The position numbers and the translations under genes were made by a program. 64,000 nucleotides of DNA, taken from Octopus sinensis (lineage: Eukaryota). Positions 23,095 through 36,609 of this stretch are shown here, in pieces. Under the pieces are notes generated by a model that was not told the origin of the DNA, searched no databases, and was given only the letters and a program-made list of their open reading frames with translations. The stretch spans positions 207,700,001 to 207,764,000 of the forward strand of contig NC_042997.1 of assembly GCF_006345805.1 (NCBI RefSeq), written 5' to 3'. Numbering within the stretch: the first letter of the stretch is position 1; each line of letters opens with the position of its first letter.

Positions 23095-23781
23095 GGCGAT
23101 CTATCGTTTGTAGTAGCACGTCTCCGTCGATGATTTCCGTAAAAAACTTTTATTTTTTTACATATGGGTTTGCGGGAACATTCGAAGTAATGAGAGCGAA
23201 AGAGACTAAGAGGAAGCGATTTTATGACGAGGGAATTTCTTTTTGAAGTTACCGAAGCATTGATGTACATGTGTGTGTGTGTTTGATGGGGTGTGGGAGA
23301 CAGACAGTATGTTGTGTAAGTGAAGTGCTTCTGTTAGTGTGTGTGAAGAGACAGAGAGAGTAATGTGTGAAAGAGAGAGATAACTGAAATTTTTTACTTG
23401 GTGTATGTGTATATGTATGTATACATGTATGTGTGTGTGTGTATGTATCTATGTATGTGTGTGTGTGTGTATGTATGTATGGCCGATTCAGTGTAATTTT
23501 TTATTCGGTGTATGTGTATATGTATGTCTGAATGTATGTGTGTGTGTGTAAGTATGTGTGTGTGTATGTATGTATGGCCGATTCATTGTAATTTTTTACT
23601 CGGTGTATGTGTATATGTGCTTCGGTAACTTCAGAAAGAAATTCCCTCGTCATAAAATCGCTTCCTCTTAGTCTCTTTCGCTCTCATTACTTCAAATGTT
23701 CCCGCAAGCCTATATGCAAAAAAATAAAGTTTTTTACGGAAATCATCGACGGAAACGTGCTACTACAAACGAAAGATCGCC
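23095..23781. mobile_element. Mutator-like MITE with ~170-bp TIRs flanked by A-runs
   Basis: ggcgatctatcgtttgtagtagcacg ... cgtgctactacaaacgaaagatcgcc; A10 on the left and A11 on the right, compatible with a 9-10-bp TSD. Confidence 0.8.
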
Positions 23782-25375
23782 AAAAAAAAAAATTAGGCAT
23801 CATTTTGTTGGAGAGGTGCGTTTCGAAAAGAACGTCAGCTGTTTTGGCTGCGATTAATTTTCTGTTTCGGGTTTTCTTGCTTTCATTTTGACATTTTTGG
23901 TGAAGCATGAAGGATCTTGACTTGACACATTTATTAGTTTTTTTATTCACTATTTTCTTCTTCTTTTTCCACCTCTTCTTCTTCCTCTTTTCCTTCTTCT
24001 TCTTCTTCTTCTCCTCCTTCTTCTTCTCCTCCTCCTCCTCCTCCTCCTTCTTCAGTGAGAGAACAGTGCATGCTATCAAAGTGACACTGGGGTAAAATAT
24101 ATGAAGCCCAGTGTACCCATCATAACTACCCGTCTGATAAGGGTACACTAGGCACATGCATCACAACCATATGTGCGCGACATGGTGATCTCATATCAAA
24201 ATAAACGTTGCATGACCTTGCAGGTGGAGGCTCAGAGTTTTCTTCAGGTCGAGTAGCCCATCCTGCTCAAAAGGTCCCTGAATAAGGGTTGTTTAAGGAT
24301 GTTGAATGAAACACCCATGTTCCGAAGGTGAGTTAGCCAAACCCCAAAGAATCCCTCTCAACACATGGCTATGATGCTCCCCCACTACGTCTGCTCGTGA
24401 TCAGAGATGCACATTTCGGTAGCCACTAAGGGACATGCTCAACTGCTTAAGGTCAAACAACTGACAAGCAAATCTGTGGTATTGAGCAGAATATTTGCTG
24501 TAGCCCATCTTTTTATACCAAGACAAAACAATGTACATGATAACACTTCCAATCAGTTAAGATCAGAAGCCATGAGAGCCACTGCCTGTGACTTATTATT
24601 ATTACTATTATTATGAAAGTGGCGAGCTGGCAGAATCGTTAGCATGCTGGATGAAATGCGTAACGGTATTTCACCCATTGTGACATTCTTAGTTCAAATT
24701 CCGGTGAGGTCAACTTTGCCTTTCATCCTTTTGGAGGTCGATAAATTAAGTACCAGTTACGCACTGGGGGTCAATGTAATCGACTACTTCCCCTCCCTAG
24801 AAATTTGAGGCATTGTGCCTTTAGTAGAAATGATTATTGTTGTTATTATTATTATAGGTAGTGGGTAGCGATTTTCTCCACTACTTCAGGGAGTTACGAT
24901 CCTGCCTGACACGAGTCTCGGGCTCAGCTGGCTCCGGCTGACAGTACCCAGTATGGGCCCCTATCCAGGGTTACGGAAAGGAGACAACTTTCAAAGAAAT
25001 CCGGAGTGGAGCCCCATAGGTGGTTTAGTGTTTGACTTGACACTCTTCCGGCAGCTCCTGCAACCAAGCCGGTGCCAAACGTAATGCTCTGCATTCCTTT
25101 GGACTACATCAGCAAGGTCGAGAGAGGAATCCTGACGATTGGGCTACCCAGGATTTTCTTACATCTAGCCCAGGCCTGCGCAAAATTGGAGAGGAAACTG
25201 GAGAGGACATGAAATGTAAAAACCAGACTGGATTAGTTTATGCGCAACTCCATTGTCTCCCGAGACAAAAGGGTGTCAACAATTATTATTATTATTATCA
25301 TCACTGAGGTCAATGAAATTGATCCTTCCCCCTCACCAAAATGGCTGCCCTTACGGCAAAATTTGAAACCATTAA

Positions 25376-25431
<56 letters not shown>

Positions 25432-25549
25432 TGTAGTTTTATTTTTATCACATGCTTTCACTTCACTCCCCAGCACAGCTCTGTCTTATGCATTTGTCTG
25501 AATGTTCTTTCATCATACCTAATGCGCCTATTATGATAGGAATTGTTCC

Positions 25550-25960
25550 TGGTTTCAGATGCCACATTCAAGTTACCTCTTTTCTAGATCTTTGTTTTTT
25601 TTGAAAGTTTCTCTGTTTCTAGTAGAGATGAGATGTTACAGAATAACTGAAGACGTGAGGAGGGGAAGAAGCAAGGGCAGTAGTGAAATAGCCTCATGTA
25701 ATACAACACAGACATTTAAATTGATTGGGTTTTTCTAAGGATGTCAGCAGTACTTGCCAACACAATCTTATGGATTTCTCTGAGACATGGTTCTTCTGGG
25801 ATCTTATCTAGATGTTTCTGACATCCCATTTTTTTTTATTATACCTAGGGCACCTACAATAACAGGAACAGTTCTCGTTTTAAGATTCCACATCCTTTCT
25901 ATTTCAATTAACAGCTCCTTATATTTACTTAATTTGTCAAATTCCTTGACCGATGCCAGA
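25550..25960 (-). mobile_element. R4/Dong-clade LINE 3' fragment (end of restriction-like endonuclease)
   Basis: Minus frame MWNLKTRTVPVIVGALGIIKK resembles the R4 RLE C-terminus. Confidence 0.6.
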
Positions 25961-27409
25961 CTCCCCTGGCACGTAAAAAGCACCCACTACACTCACGGAG
26001 TGGTTGGCGTTAGGAAGGGCATCCAGCTGTAGAAACACTGCCAGATCAGACTGGGCCTGGTGCAGCCTTCTGGCTTCCCAGACCCCAGTTGAACCATCCA
26101 ACCCATGCTAGTATGGAAAACGGACGTTAAATGATGATGACGATGATATATTTTTATCAGTGGGAACACTTGCATCTATTAGTCCTAAAGTATTTTCTTC
26201 TCTCTCTTTAATAATTATGTCTGGTTGATTTGCATGGATCATTCTGTTAGTGAAATCCCAGAGGATAGTGACATTTTTATCCTTAATGACTAATGGTTAA
26301 GGTCCCATTTCCTAGGTTCTGTTGAGCCACCTTACTTGTATATAAGGGAGTGTTTTCAGTATACTTGCGTCTTTGGTTCCAGTCCTTATAAGGGCTAACC
26401 TCTGACCACAGAGCTACTCAACATGTTCCAGTCACAACGACAGACGATCAGCCACGACGACGCTAATGTACACCTGCAACAGAAAACCAATTTCTATCTC
26501 CGCCGCCGTCGTCACCATCATTGTACCAACTTCAAGTCGCCATCACCATCGTCCACTTCAGACATGTACACACCAACTTCACAGATTCAACTCATACTGT
26601 TAGTGTGAAAATCTCACCACGGAAAAACAGTTGCAGTATATATATCTGAAAGAATATCTATATCAAGAGAAAAATAACCAAGCAAAACATGATATGAAGA
26701 CGCTATAGTAAACCAAGCGACAGACATAATGTCATCGCCAACATCGTCTCTATCTACGAAGATTTAACTTGTACACAAGATAACTACAGATTCAACTCCT
26801 GCTGTTAGGTGAAAATCTCACCACGGAAAAACAGTTGCAGTATATATATCTGAAAGAATATCTATATCAAGAGAAAGATAAGAACAACAAGTGATTCAAC
26901 TAATCTCAGCTCCGAGACACAACATCTTGATATTGAAGTCTTACACTTCGTGTACCTCATGAACAGTAAATCTATTATTAACTCTATGCTCTGTACCTAC
27001 TATGCCACACGCATTCACCCTTATTGTATCTGTCACACACACGAACACACAGACACAAACACGTGTTGTACGCACACATACACAATGCTTGCTAGCCCTC
27101 ACAACCTTCTAACATTAACCCATTGTAAATAAAATAATATCTATCCCTCAAACAGTGGAACGGCTTGTCGTCAATTCATCTAAATTCTGTTGGCACTGCA
27201 TTGTATAAAATTGTATTTATGGCTTATCTTATTTCGCTAGGAATGCGACCGTGTGACTTACCTATGTCACCAACCTCAACATACGGTCGTATTCCCTACA
27301 ATTCCATTATATGTATACCCCAGCACTTTATGTCTATCTTTGTATTATTCCCCTCATCCTTCACACTTGTGGCAAATAAATGAAAGAATTATTATTATTA
27401 TTATTATTA

Positions 27410-28120
27410 AAACCAAAGTGGTTGTTAGTAAGAAGGAAGATAAAACTCTCTTTCCTTCAGGTAAATGGTGCCGCTCCATAAGAAGGAAAGGAGTTGGAAG
27501 AAATTCCTTGTACTGTATCCAGTGTAAACTGTGGGCAGTGGAATCACAGGTAGATTAAGAGATAAAATTGTCTTTGTATGTGGCAGATGTGCAGGAACAA
27601 TAAGCACTAAGAGCACACGGGACTTAGATTCTCTCAAAAACCCAGGAGGTTCTCTTGAGGTTGTAGATAGTTTCTGTTACCTAGGTGACCAAATTAGCAA
27701 TGGTGGAGGATGCTCTGAAAATATTGTTTCTAGAATAAGAATTGGGTGGGTGAAGTTCAGAGAACTATTACCTCTGTTAGCAACAAAAAGGACCCTCTCT
27801 CTCAGAGTGAAAGGTAGACTATATGGTGCTTGTGTGCGAATGGCTATACTCCATGGTAGTGAGACATGGGCTCTGAATACAGAAGACGTGTAGACTGGAG
27901 AGAAATTAAGGTGGTATGCACCGTTGGATGTGCAACAACAGTGCACATGTACGGCAAAGTGCAAATGTGTTGAGAGAAAAGTTGGGCATATCAAATGTAG
28001 TATGCAAGAGAGAAGACTACTTTGGTTTGGACATGTGATGTACATGAATGAGGACAGCTGCATAAAGAAGTGCTGATCACTAAAAATGGATGGTACCTGT
28101 GGAAGAGGGAGACCCTAGTT
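27410..28120 (+). mobile_element. Degenerate RTE LINE 3' fragment
   Basis: KIVFVCGRC, VVDSFCYLGD, KFRELLPLL and LHGSETW motifs shared with the other RTE copies. Confidence 0.85.
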
Positions 28121-28129
28121 CTTCTGTCT

Positions 28130-29280
28130 AGCTTTGCTAGTTCACTTTTTATCACAAAAGCTGCTAAGTAAAAATACTGCCCAAGTATTTACAGCCTTCA
28201 CTAGATTCCGACCATTTAGTTTTGACTTCATTAGCTTCCTCCTCCTTCTCAATTTTCCTTTTCATTTCTGTAGTCAGATCCTAATACTCCAAGATACTTA
28301 TAACTCTCTCCTTCTTTTAATGATTTTTATATCTGGCCATTAGGTAATTGGATGCCTTCTGGTCCTGGGCCCTTCCAATTTAGCATTCTTCCTAACACAT
28401 TACTCATTAATGCGCTAGTTAATCTTAGATCTAGCTACTTCTTCCTTTGTTTTCTTTAACTACCCTGCATCTCCTTTTGATTGTCTGGCTTACACCAAAT
28501 ATTACTCCAGAACATTCTAGCTTCTTCTGCATTAGGTTCCTCATCTTCAGTACTTTCTTCTCCACTATTTATTTGGTTATAAAATCTCTTCTGGTCTGTC
28601 TCAAGTCATTTATTCTGTTGATACTGATCTGTTTGTTTTCTGATATCTGGAGAGCTTGCCTGCTATTGTTGTTACACATTGTTTCAAATCTTTTATTATT
28701 GTCCCAAATCCTTCTTTCTCTTTGACTAAGTATCTTTTCCCAAGAGAAGATTTGAATCTTGTGTTTCCTATCTTGTTCAGTTTCCAGGTTTCTATTCTAC
28801 TCAGATCTTGTCTTAAAGTCTTCTCCTTATTTTGTAATTTCCTTTTTCACACTTGCTTTTTTCTAATTTGTCCTTGTGGAATATCTAATCTTTTAGTAAC
28901 TACTACTCCTCCGGCAGAGATCAATGAGTGTCTTCTGTATTTTAGTATCTATCCTACTGATAACAGAATCTACTTTCTTAGTCATATCTAGCAACATTCT
29001 TCTGTTGGTACCCTTTAAAGAGAGCAATCTTTTTCTTACTTCTTTACTCATGAATTCCTGCAACACATCTAAAATCTTCTGATCTTCCTCACTTAAATCA
29101 CTGGTGCCAGTTGTCCCTTCCTTATTGGTAGCACTATTGTTATTTTTTTCTTTAGGTTCTTCTTTGGTTTGAGCTGTATCTCTTATGTTGTTGTTTGTCT
29201 TTCCCACTGCCTGGTCTTTCTTTTCCAGTTCTCTCGTGATCCCTTCCACCTCCAATTCTGTCATCCACTTTCTTCTATAA
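28130..29280 (-). mobile_element. R4/Dong-like LINE N-terminal ORF fragment
   Basis: Minus frames KRLLSLKGTNRRMLL...KVDSVISRIDT and GVVVTKRL...RKLQNKEKTLRQDLSRI, typical of the R4 region upstream of RT. Confidence 0.6.
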
Positions 29281-29376
29281 ACATTAGCTTGATCAACTAA
29301 CTTGTGTGCTCAGTCACTTTAAACAAACCCTTCTCTACCCAAAGCGTTGAAATCCCTTTTCTATAGCCCTTTCTTT

Positions 29377-29990
29377 TAGTTATTTTTTTTGGCTCAAAAA
29401 GCAAAAACCAAGGCCATGTAGGGGGGCATGGAGTTATGTACAGGGTGGTGTTCATGTAAAGAGTTCAGGCCACTTGAGGTCAAGGGAGACTTTGAACTGA
29501 GCGGTCGTCGGCATCTTCACCATCTCGTCTGGCAGCTTATTCCACGGATCCGCAACCCGGGCGGAGAAAGCCCCTCTCCTTCGATTGAGATGAAATCGTC
29601 GCAGATAGAGCTTTTCGGAATGACCCCGCAGCCGACGCTCTGGAGCAGGAGTGAAGAACAGCTCTTTCGAGAGGTTACACTTTCCACTTATGATGTTGTG
29701 AGCAAGAATGAGATCACCACGGCGTCGTCGTTTTTCTAGAGAATAAAGGTCGAGCGTCTTCAGCCTTTCTTCATAAGACAAATTCTTGAGACCAAGAACC
29801 ATGCGGGTAGCCAGCTTCTGGACTCTTTCGAGATGCTGTATGTCTTTGAGGAGATAAGGAGAAGAGGCTTGAATCCCGTACTCCAATATGGGTCTCACCA
29901 GCGTGACATAGAGCGGTAGGAATATGGCTGCTGTGAGCATTCCGAATGACCGTCGAATCAAGAACAGAATTCCGCGTGCTTGTTATGAGG
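29377..29990 (-). mobile_element. 5'-truncated CR1-clade LINE, ORF2 C-terminus intact
   Basis: ORF 29452-29961 has LVRPILEY, LERVQKLATR, SYEERLK, RRRGDLI, RGHSEKL and RVADPWNKLP, followed by a short 3' UTR. Confidence 0.9.
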
Positions 29991-30541
29991 TTTGAACTAA
30001 GTCTTTTCTTGTATCAGTGTTTGTATTGTGTGTTGTGTGTGTAGCGTAGTTGTGTTCTTCTGATGGTTACTGGGCCTCTTTTGTACATGTTGTTGGGCTT
30101 TGTTCATTTTATTGTGCATTTCCTGTATGAGTTTATTCTTGTGTGCTTTTTGGGAGTGTTGCACTGTAGTAGGACTCAAAAACACACACGTAAACCTTAT
30201 TACCTTGCACAATGTGGTCAATTAACCTTTTAGCGTTTAGACTGGCCAAATCTGGCCCAATCATATAACTTGTTTTATATTTAAACTGGAAAGATCCAGC
30301 CTTTGTAACACTTACCCTACAATGTCATGCTAAAAAGATAATCACGTTATCACAATGTTTAAGCTATGAGATAATGGCATCGATTCAAAACAATGTGAAT
30401 AGACAAGCATTGCATTTGGCTGAGGAATCTGAATGGTAAAGGGGGGAGATGGATTCCTGTCTGAATTCTGCCCAATTGTTTGATTCTCTCTTAACTGTAA
30501 TTTATAATTTACTTTGCAGAGCAAAAATACATGTTGAAATC

Positions 30542-30554
30542 ATGGAAAAGAGAG
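30542..30554 (+). CDS. PARP14-like: Gene 2 putative start exon (exon 30520-30554; ATG GAA AAG AGA G, MEKR)
   Basis: Acceptor tttactttgcag|A at 30519/30520, strong-context aatcATGG, donor AG|gtattt. Phase 1 joins 37980 to give MEKR-D-TPSPNP. Short exon, inferred. Confidence 0.6.
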
Positions 30555-30775
30555 GTATTTATTTATTTTTTAATCACATTTATATAAAATTTTCTTTTTT
30601 GGATTTAAAGTTTCAAAAATAATACTTGTGAAAATTTACAGAAATAAAACAATAAAACTTTTACCCATCATCATCATCATCATCATCGTTGTTTAATGTC
30701 TGTTTTCCATGCTGGTTTGGGTTGGATTGTTTGAAATGGAAACAAAAAATTTCCAGTTTCCTGTTTTATTTTATA

Positions 30776-31077
30776 CTAGCAGTATTGCCTGGTGTTGCTC
30801 GGGTTTGTAAGGGAAATAACTATATAAGCATTTATAGAGAGTTACTTCCCTTATATAAACTGAGCGAAAATGCATTAAAAATGATGAAAAATTATGGTAA
30901 TTTTTTTTTTAAATCGTAGACTCATTGTAGACGCGCGCTAATACCCAGAAGGGCTCGATATGAATCACGACTATAAGATACCCGGTTTTGGTTAAACTGC
31001 ACCGCAAAATGTGGGAGTAGTTAGGAATCTAAATCGTAGGAGACAGACAGCACACAACCTCTCTTTTATATATAAAG

Positions 31078-31078
<1 letters not shown>
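30776..31078 (-). mobile_element. Non-autonomous Helitron (303 bp)
   Basis: Minus strand TC...hairpin...CTAG between A and T. The 3' ~90 bp match 10441-10530 but the 5' part is different. Confidence 0.8.
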
Positions 31079-31117
<39 letters not shown>

Positions 31118-31342
31118 ATATATATATGTCAGGTTGCTCTTGAGTGCTGCTGGTAACATGTAATCCAGCACAACCTGGATTTGGGCCATGAGAGGAACAG
31201 AGAGCTGGACTGACCATCGTCTAGTGTGTGGAAAAAGGAATTTTTCATAATGTCTAAAAGTCGACAGTCTGGTCCTAAGGTACCCAAAAAGTTAAATGTT
31301 GCAAACTTCTAATTACCAAGCAACTTGCAAAGATTCCATATA

Positions 31343-31724
31343 GGCGCAGGAGTGGCTGTGTGGTAAGTAGCTTGCTAACCAACTACATGGTTCCGGGTTC
31401 AGTCCCACTGCGTGGCATCTTGAGCAAATGTCTTCTGCTATTGCCCCGGGCTGACCAATGCCTTGTGAGTGGATTTGGTAGACGGAAACTGAAAGAAGCC
31501 TGTCGTATATATGTGTATGTATGTGTGTTTGTGTTTGTTCCCCTAGCATTGCTTGACAACCGATTCTGGTGTGTTTACGTTCCCGTCACTTCGGCAAAAG
31601 AGACCGATAGAATAAGTACTGGGCTTACAAAGAATAAGTCCCGGGGTCGATTTGCTCGACTAAAGGCGGTGCTCCAGCATGGCCGCAGTCGAATGACTGA
31701 AACAAGTAAAAGAGTAAAAGAGTA
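31343..31724 (+). mobile_element. tRNA-derived SINE, full length
   Basis: Same head, body and tail as 12572-12975. Confidence 0.88.
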
Positions 31725-31779
31725 ATGCTATAGAAAGTATCAATCTTGGCCCAAACAATCTATGGGAAGATTTCAAAAC

Positions 31780-32100
31780 AAAAGTTTGTCAGTGGGATTT
31801 AAATCACATATGTCCAGTGACTGGTTCTCAGATCAGCAGAAATTCATGATCTACTTTTAGAAAAAAAAACTTAGGCAATACACTTCTTTCTCAGTCATTG
31901 AACCCCAACTCAAAGCTTACAGAAAGCTGAAAGGGAAAGTGAAGACTGCTCCAAAGAAAATTAAACAGGAATGGTAGAATGATAGAGCAAAAGGGGCACA
32001 AGAAGCAGCTGACAGAAATGATGCCAAGGGTTCGTACTCTTATATTAAGGAGGTATATGGCCCAAAATTTCTTCAGTATCTTCAGTGAGAACAGCAAACA
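31780..32100 (+). mobile_element. Old RTE/BovB-like LINE fragment
   Basis: Frame reads W*NDRAKGAQEAADRNDAKGSYSYIKEVYGP, resembling the BovB-type EN-RT linker. Confidence 0.55.
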
Positions 32101-32461
32101 GATGTTTGCTTCTGACTGACACCGCTTCTATTCATAAGTTCATGTACGGCAAAGTGCAAATGTATTGAGAGAAAAGTTGGGCATAAGAGGAATAAAGTGT
32201 AGCTTGCAAGAGAGGAGACTACATTGGTTTGGAGATGTGATGCGTATGAATGAGGACAGCTGGAATAAAGATGTGCAGATCACTGAAAGTGGATGGTACC
32301 TGATGAAGAGGAAGACCGAGGAAGATGCAGGATGAAATAGTGAGGACCGATCTCAGGAAGATGGGCCTCGTGGAGGAAATGACAATTTACCAAGATATCT
32401 GGCGATATGAAGTTCTTGAGAAGACCCAGCCACATCAGTAAAAACTGAATTCTGGAAGTGT

Positions 32462-35400
32462 TGTGTGCTCCACCCACACTTAACACGGAAACTTCTCGCA
32501 CGCCCTACCACAACAAACCAAACTACATCTCTTCCTCACATCTCCTCCTTCATGCACTAGGCTTACCTCCCACTCCCCAATCCTGTCCACCTGGCCCTGT
32601 CTCACTGCTATCCCCTAGCCCCAGATCTGTGTGCTCCACCCACACCTAACAAGAAAACTTCTCGCACGCCCTACCACAACAAACCAAACTACATCTCTTC
32701 CTCACATCTCCTCCTTCATGCACTAGGCTTACCTCCCACTCCCCAATCCTGTCCTCCTGGCCCTGTCTCACTGCTATTCCCTAGCCCCTGATCTGTGTTC
32801 TCCACCCACACTTAACACGAAAACTTCTCGCACGCCCTACCACAACAAACCAAACTACATCTCTTCCTCACATCTCCTCCTTCATGCTCTAGGCTTACCT
32901 CCCACTCCCCAGTCCTGTCCTCCTGGCCCTGTCTCACTGCTATACCCTAGCCCCTGATCTGTGTGCTCCACCCACACCTAACAAGAAAACTTCTCGCATG
33001 CCCTACCACAACAAACCAAACTACATCTCTTCCTCACATCTCCTCCTTCATGCACTAGGCTTACCTCCCACTCCCCAATCCTGTCCTCCTGGCCCTGTCT
33101 CACTGCTATTCCCTAGCCCCTGATCTGTGTTCTCCACCCACACTTAACACGAAAACTTCTCGCACGCCCTACCACAACAAACCAAACTACATCTCTTCCT
33201 CACATCTCCTCCTTCATGCTCTAGGCTTACCTCCCACTCCCCAGTCCTGTCCTCCTGGCCCTGTCTCACTGCTATACCCTAGCCCCTGATCTGTGTGCTC
33301 CACCCACACCTAACAAGAAAACTTCTCGCATGCCCTACCACAACAAACCAAACTACATCTCTTCCTCACATCTCCTCCTTCATGCACTAGGCTTACCTCC
33401 CACTCCCCAATCCTGTCCACCTGGCCCTGTCTCACTGCTATCCCCTAGCCCCAGATCTGTGTGCTCCACCCACACCTAACAAGAAAACTTCTCGCATGCC
33501 CTACCCCAACAAACCAAACTACATCTCTTCCTCACATCTCCTCCTTCATGCACTAGGCTTACCTCCCACTCCCCAATACTGTCCTCCTGGCCCTGTCTCA
33601 CTGCTATCCCCTAGCTCCTGATCTGTGTGCTCCACCCACACTTAACACGAAAACTTCTCGCACGCCCTACCACAACAAACCCAACTACATCTCTTCCTCA
33701 CATCTCCTCCTTCATGCACTAGGCTTACCTCCCACTCCCCAGTCCTGTCCTCCTGGCCCTGTCTCACTGCGATCCCCTAGCCCCTGATCTGTGTGCTCCA
33801 CCCACACTTAACACGAAAACTTCTCGCACGCCCTACCACAACAAACCAAACTACATCTCTTCCTCACATCTCCTCCTTCATGCACTAGGCTTACCTCCCA
33901 CTCCCCAGTCCTGTCCTCCTGGCCCTGTCTCACTGCTATCCCCTAGCCCCTGATCTGTGTGCTCCACCCACACTTAACACGAAAACTTCTCGCACGCCCT
34001 ACCACCACAAACCAAACTACATCTCTTCCTCACATCTCCTCCTTCATGCACTAGGCTTACCTCCCACTCTCCAGTCCTGTCCTCCTGGCCCTGTCTCACT
34101 GCTATCCCCTAGCCCCAGATCTGTGTTCTCCACCCACATTTAACACGAAAACTTCTCGCACGCCCTACCACAACAAACCAAACTACATCTCTTCCTCACA
34201 TCTCCTCCTTCATGCTCTAGGCTTACCTCCCACTCCCCAATCCTGTCCTCCTGGCCCTGTCTCACTGCTATCCCCTAGCCCCAGATCTGTGTGCTCCACC
34301 CACACTTAACACCAAAACTTCTCGCACGCCCTGCCACGACAAACCTAACTACATCTCTTCCTCACATCTCCTCCTTCATGCACTAGGCTTACCTCCCACT
34401 CTCCGGTCCTGTCCTCCTGGCCCTGTCTCACTGCTATCCCCTAGCCCCAGATCTGTGTGCTCCACCCACACTTAACAAGAAAACTTCTCGCACGCCCTAC
34501 CACAACAAACCAAACTACATCTCTTCCTCACATCTCCTCCTTCATGCACTAGGCTTACCTCCCACTCCCCAGTCCTGTCCTCCTGGCCCTGTCTCACTGC
34601 TATCCCCTAGCCCCAGATCTGTGTGCTCCACCCACACCTAACAAGAAAACTTCTCGCACGCCCTACCACAACAAACCAAACTACATCTCTTCCTCACATC
34701 TCCTCCTTCATGCACTAGGCTTACCTCCCACTCCCCAATACTGTCCTCCTGGCCCTGTCTCACTGCTATCCCCTAGCTCCTGATCTGTGTGCTCCACCCA
34801 CACTTAACACGAAAACTTCTCGCACGCCCTACCACAACAAACCCAACTACATCTCTTCCTCACATCTCCTCCTTCATGCACTAGGCTTACCTCCCACTCC
34901 CCAGTCCTGTCCTCCTGGCCCTGTCTCACTGCTATCCCCTAGCCCCAGATCTGTGTGCTCCACCCACACCTAACAAGAAAACTTCTCGCATGCCCTACCA
35001 CAACAAACCCAACTACATCTCTTCCTCACATCTCCTCCTTCATGCACTAGGCTTACCTCCCACTCCCCAATCCTGTTCTCCTGGCCCTGTCTCACTGCTA
35101 TCCCCTAGCCCCAGATCTGTGTGATCCACCCACACCTAACAAGAAAACTTCTCGCATGCCCTACCACAACAAACCAAACTACATCTCTTCCTCACATCTC
35201 CTCCTTCATGCACTAGGCTTACCTCCCACTCCCCAATACTGTCCTCCTGGCCCTGTCTCACTGCTATCCCCTAGCCCCAGATCTGTGTGATCCACCCACA
35301 CCTAACAAGAAAACTTCTCGCATGCCCTACCACAACAAACCAAACTACATCTCTTCCTCACATCTCCTCCTTCATGCACTAGGCTTACCTCCCACTCCCC
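32462..35400. repeat. 166-bp tandem satellite, ~17.7 copies, in gene 2 intron 2
   Basis: Unit starts at 32462 and 32628 ... 35284 (=17x166 later); highly homogeneous, C-rich + strand. Confidence 0.97.
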
Positions 35401-36609
35401 AAGAAAACTTTTCACACATCCTACCCCAACAAACCAATCTACGTCTCTTATTTGAGAAACTTGATCACCAAATCCATTTTCTAAACACAACAACCACACT
35501 CCGCATCCCCCCCCAGCCTTCATAAATTTTCCCTCTTATGCCCCCCCTCACTACTGCCATATTATTAAACCGGCAATATGTCTTCCCTTTAATTCCATGT
35601 TACCATTTACTTGCTTCTCTCTGTATTTTTCCCATACCATTTAAACATTTTTTCCTATTATCTCACCTGCCGCCCCACTCCTGCTCATAACCTTACAGGT
35701 ACAGCCGCCAACAGACACCTCCCCTACTTCATACTGTAAACATGCTCCCAGCACACAATATACATTCACCAATTGGACACATGTGGTAGCCGCCATGATT
35801 CTTCTCCATTCTCTCTTGCTTTCTTCATACTTTTGTCTCCCTCTTCACTAAAAACATTTCCCCACCCTCTTCCCCACACATTACCTTTCTAATACCTCTC
35901 CCCTTCTGCAATTCGACCAAAGCAGCCCTATTGAATAATCTTTTCTACTCTAGACACAAGGCCCAAATTTTTTGTGGAAGGGGGCCAATCAATTAGATCG
36001 ACCCCAGTACACAACTGGTACTTAATTTATTGACCCCGGAAGGATGAAATGCAAAGTCGACCTCACTGGAGTTTGAACTCAGAATGTAAAAACAGACGAA
36101 ATACCTATTTCTTTACTACCCACAAGGGGCTAAACACAGAGAGGACAAACAAGGACAGACAAATGGATTAAGTCGATTATATCGACCCCTGTGCGTAACT
36201 GGTACTTATTTAATCGACCCCGAAAGGATGAAAGGCAAAGTCGACCTCGGCGGAATTTGAACTCAGAACGTACAGACAGATGAAATACCACCTTAGCAGC
36301 TTTATTGAATACTACTGGACAAATGACCTTATTTATATTCCTCACTCCTCTCACTTCACATGTTTTTTTTCTTTTCTTCTTCTTTCTCTCCCCATTTATG
36401 TTCTCCTCTCCTTCTGTGCTCTCTATTCATTCTGACTGAGTCTTCCATGTGTTAACGTGTACCTCCTTATTACAATGTAAACATTTATTTAATCAAGATA
36501 CCCTCAGCCTGATGAGTAGCCTGCAGTATACACCTCGCTTGGAGATTTACCACTTCTGATATTCCGCTTGTAGCCCGGATCTTATCTATACCATTCTTTA
36601 AGTTTTGTG

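Noticed and set aside
23687-24157. 156-aa K/E-rich ORF
   Set aside because: Comes from a (CTT)/(CCT) microsatellite and MITE sequence.
30531-30554. Upstream ATG at 30531 as gene 2 start
   Set aside because: Weaker context and it leaves the exon in phase 0, out of frame with exon 3; at most a uORF.
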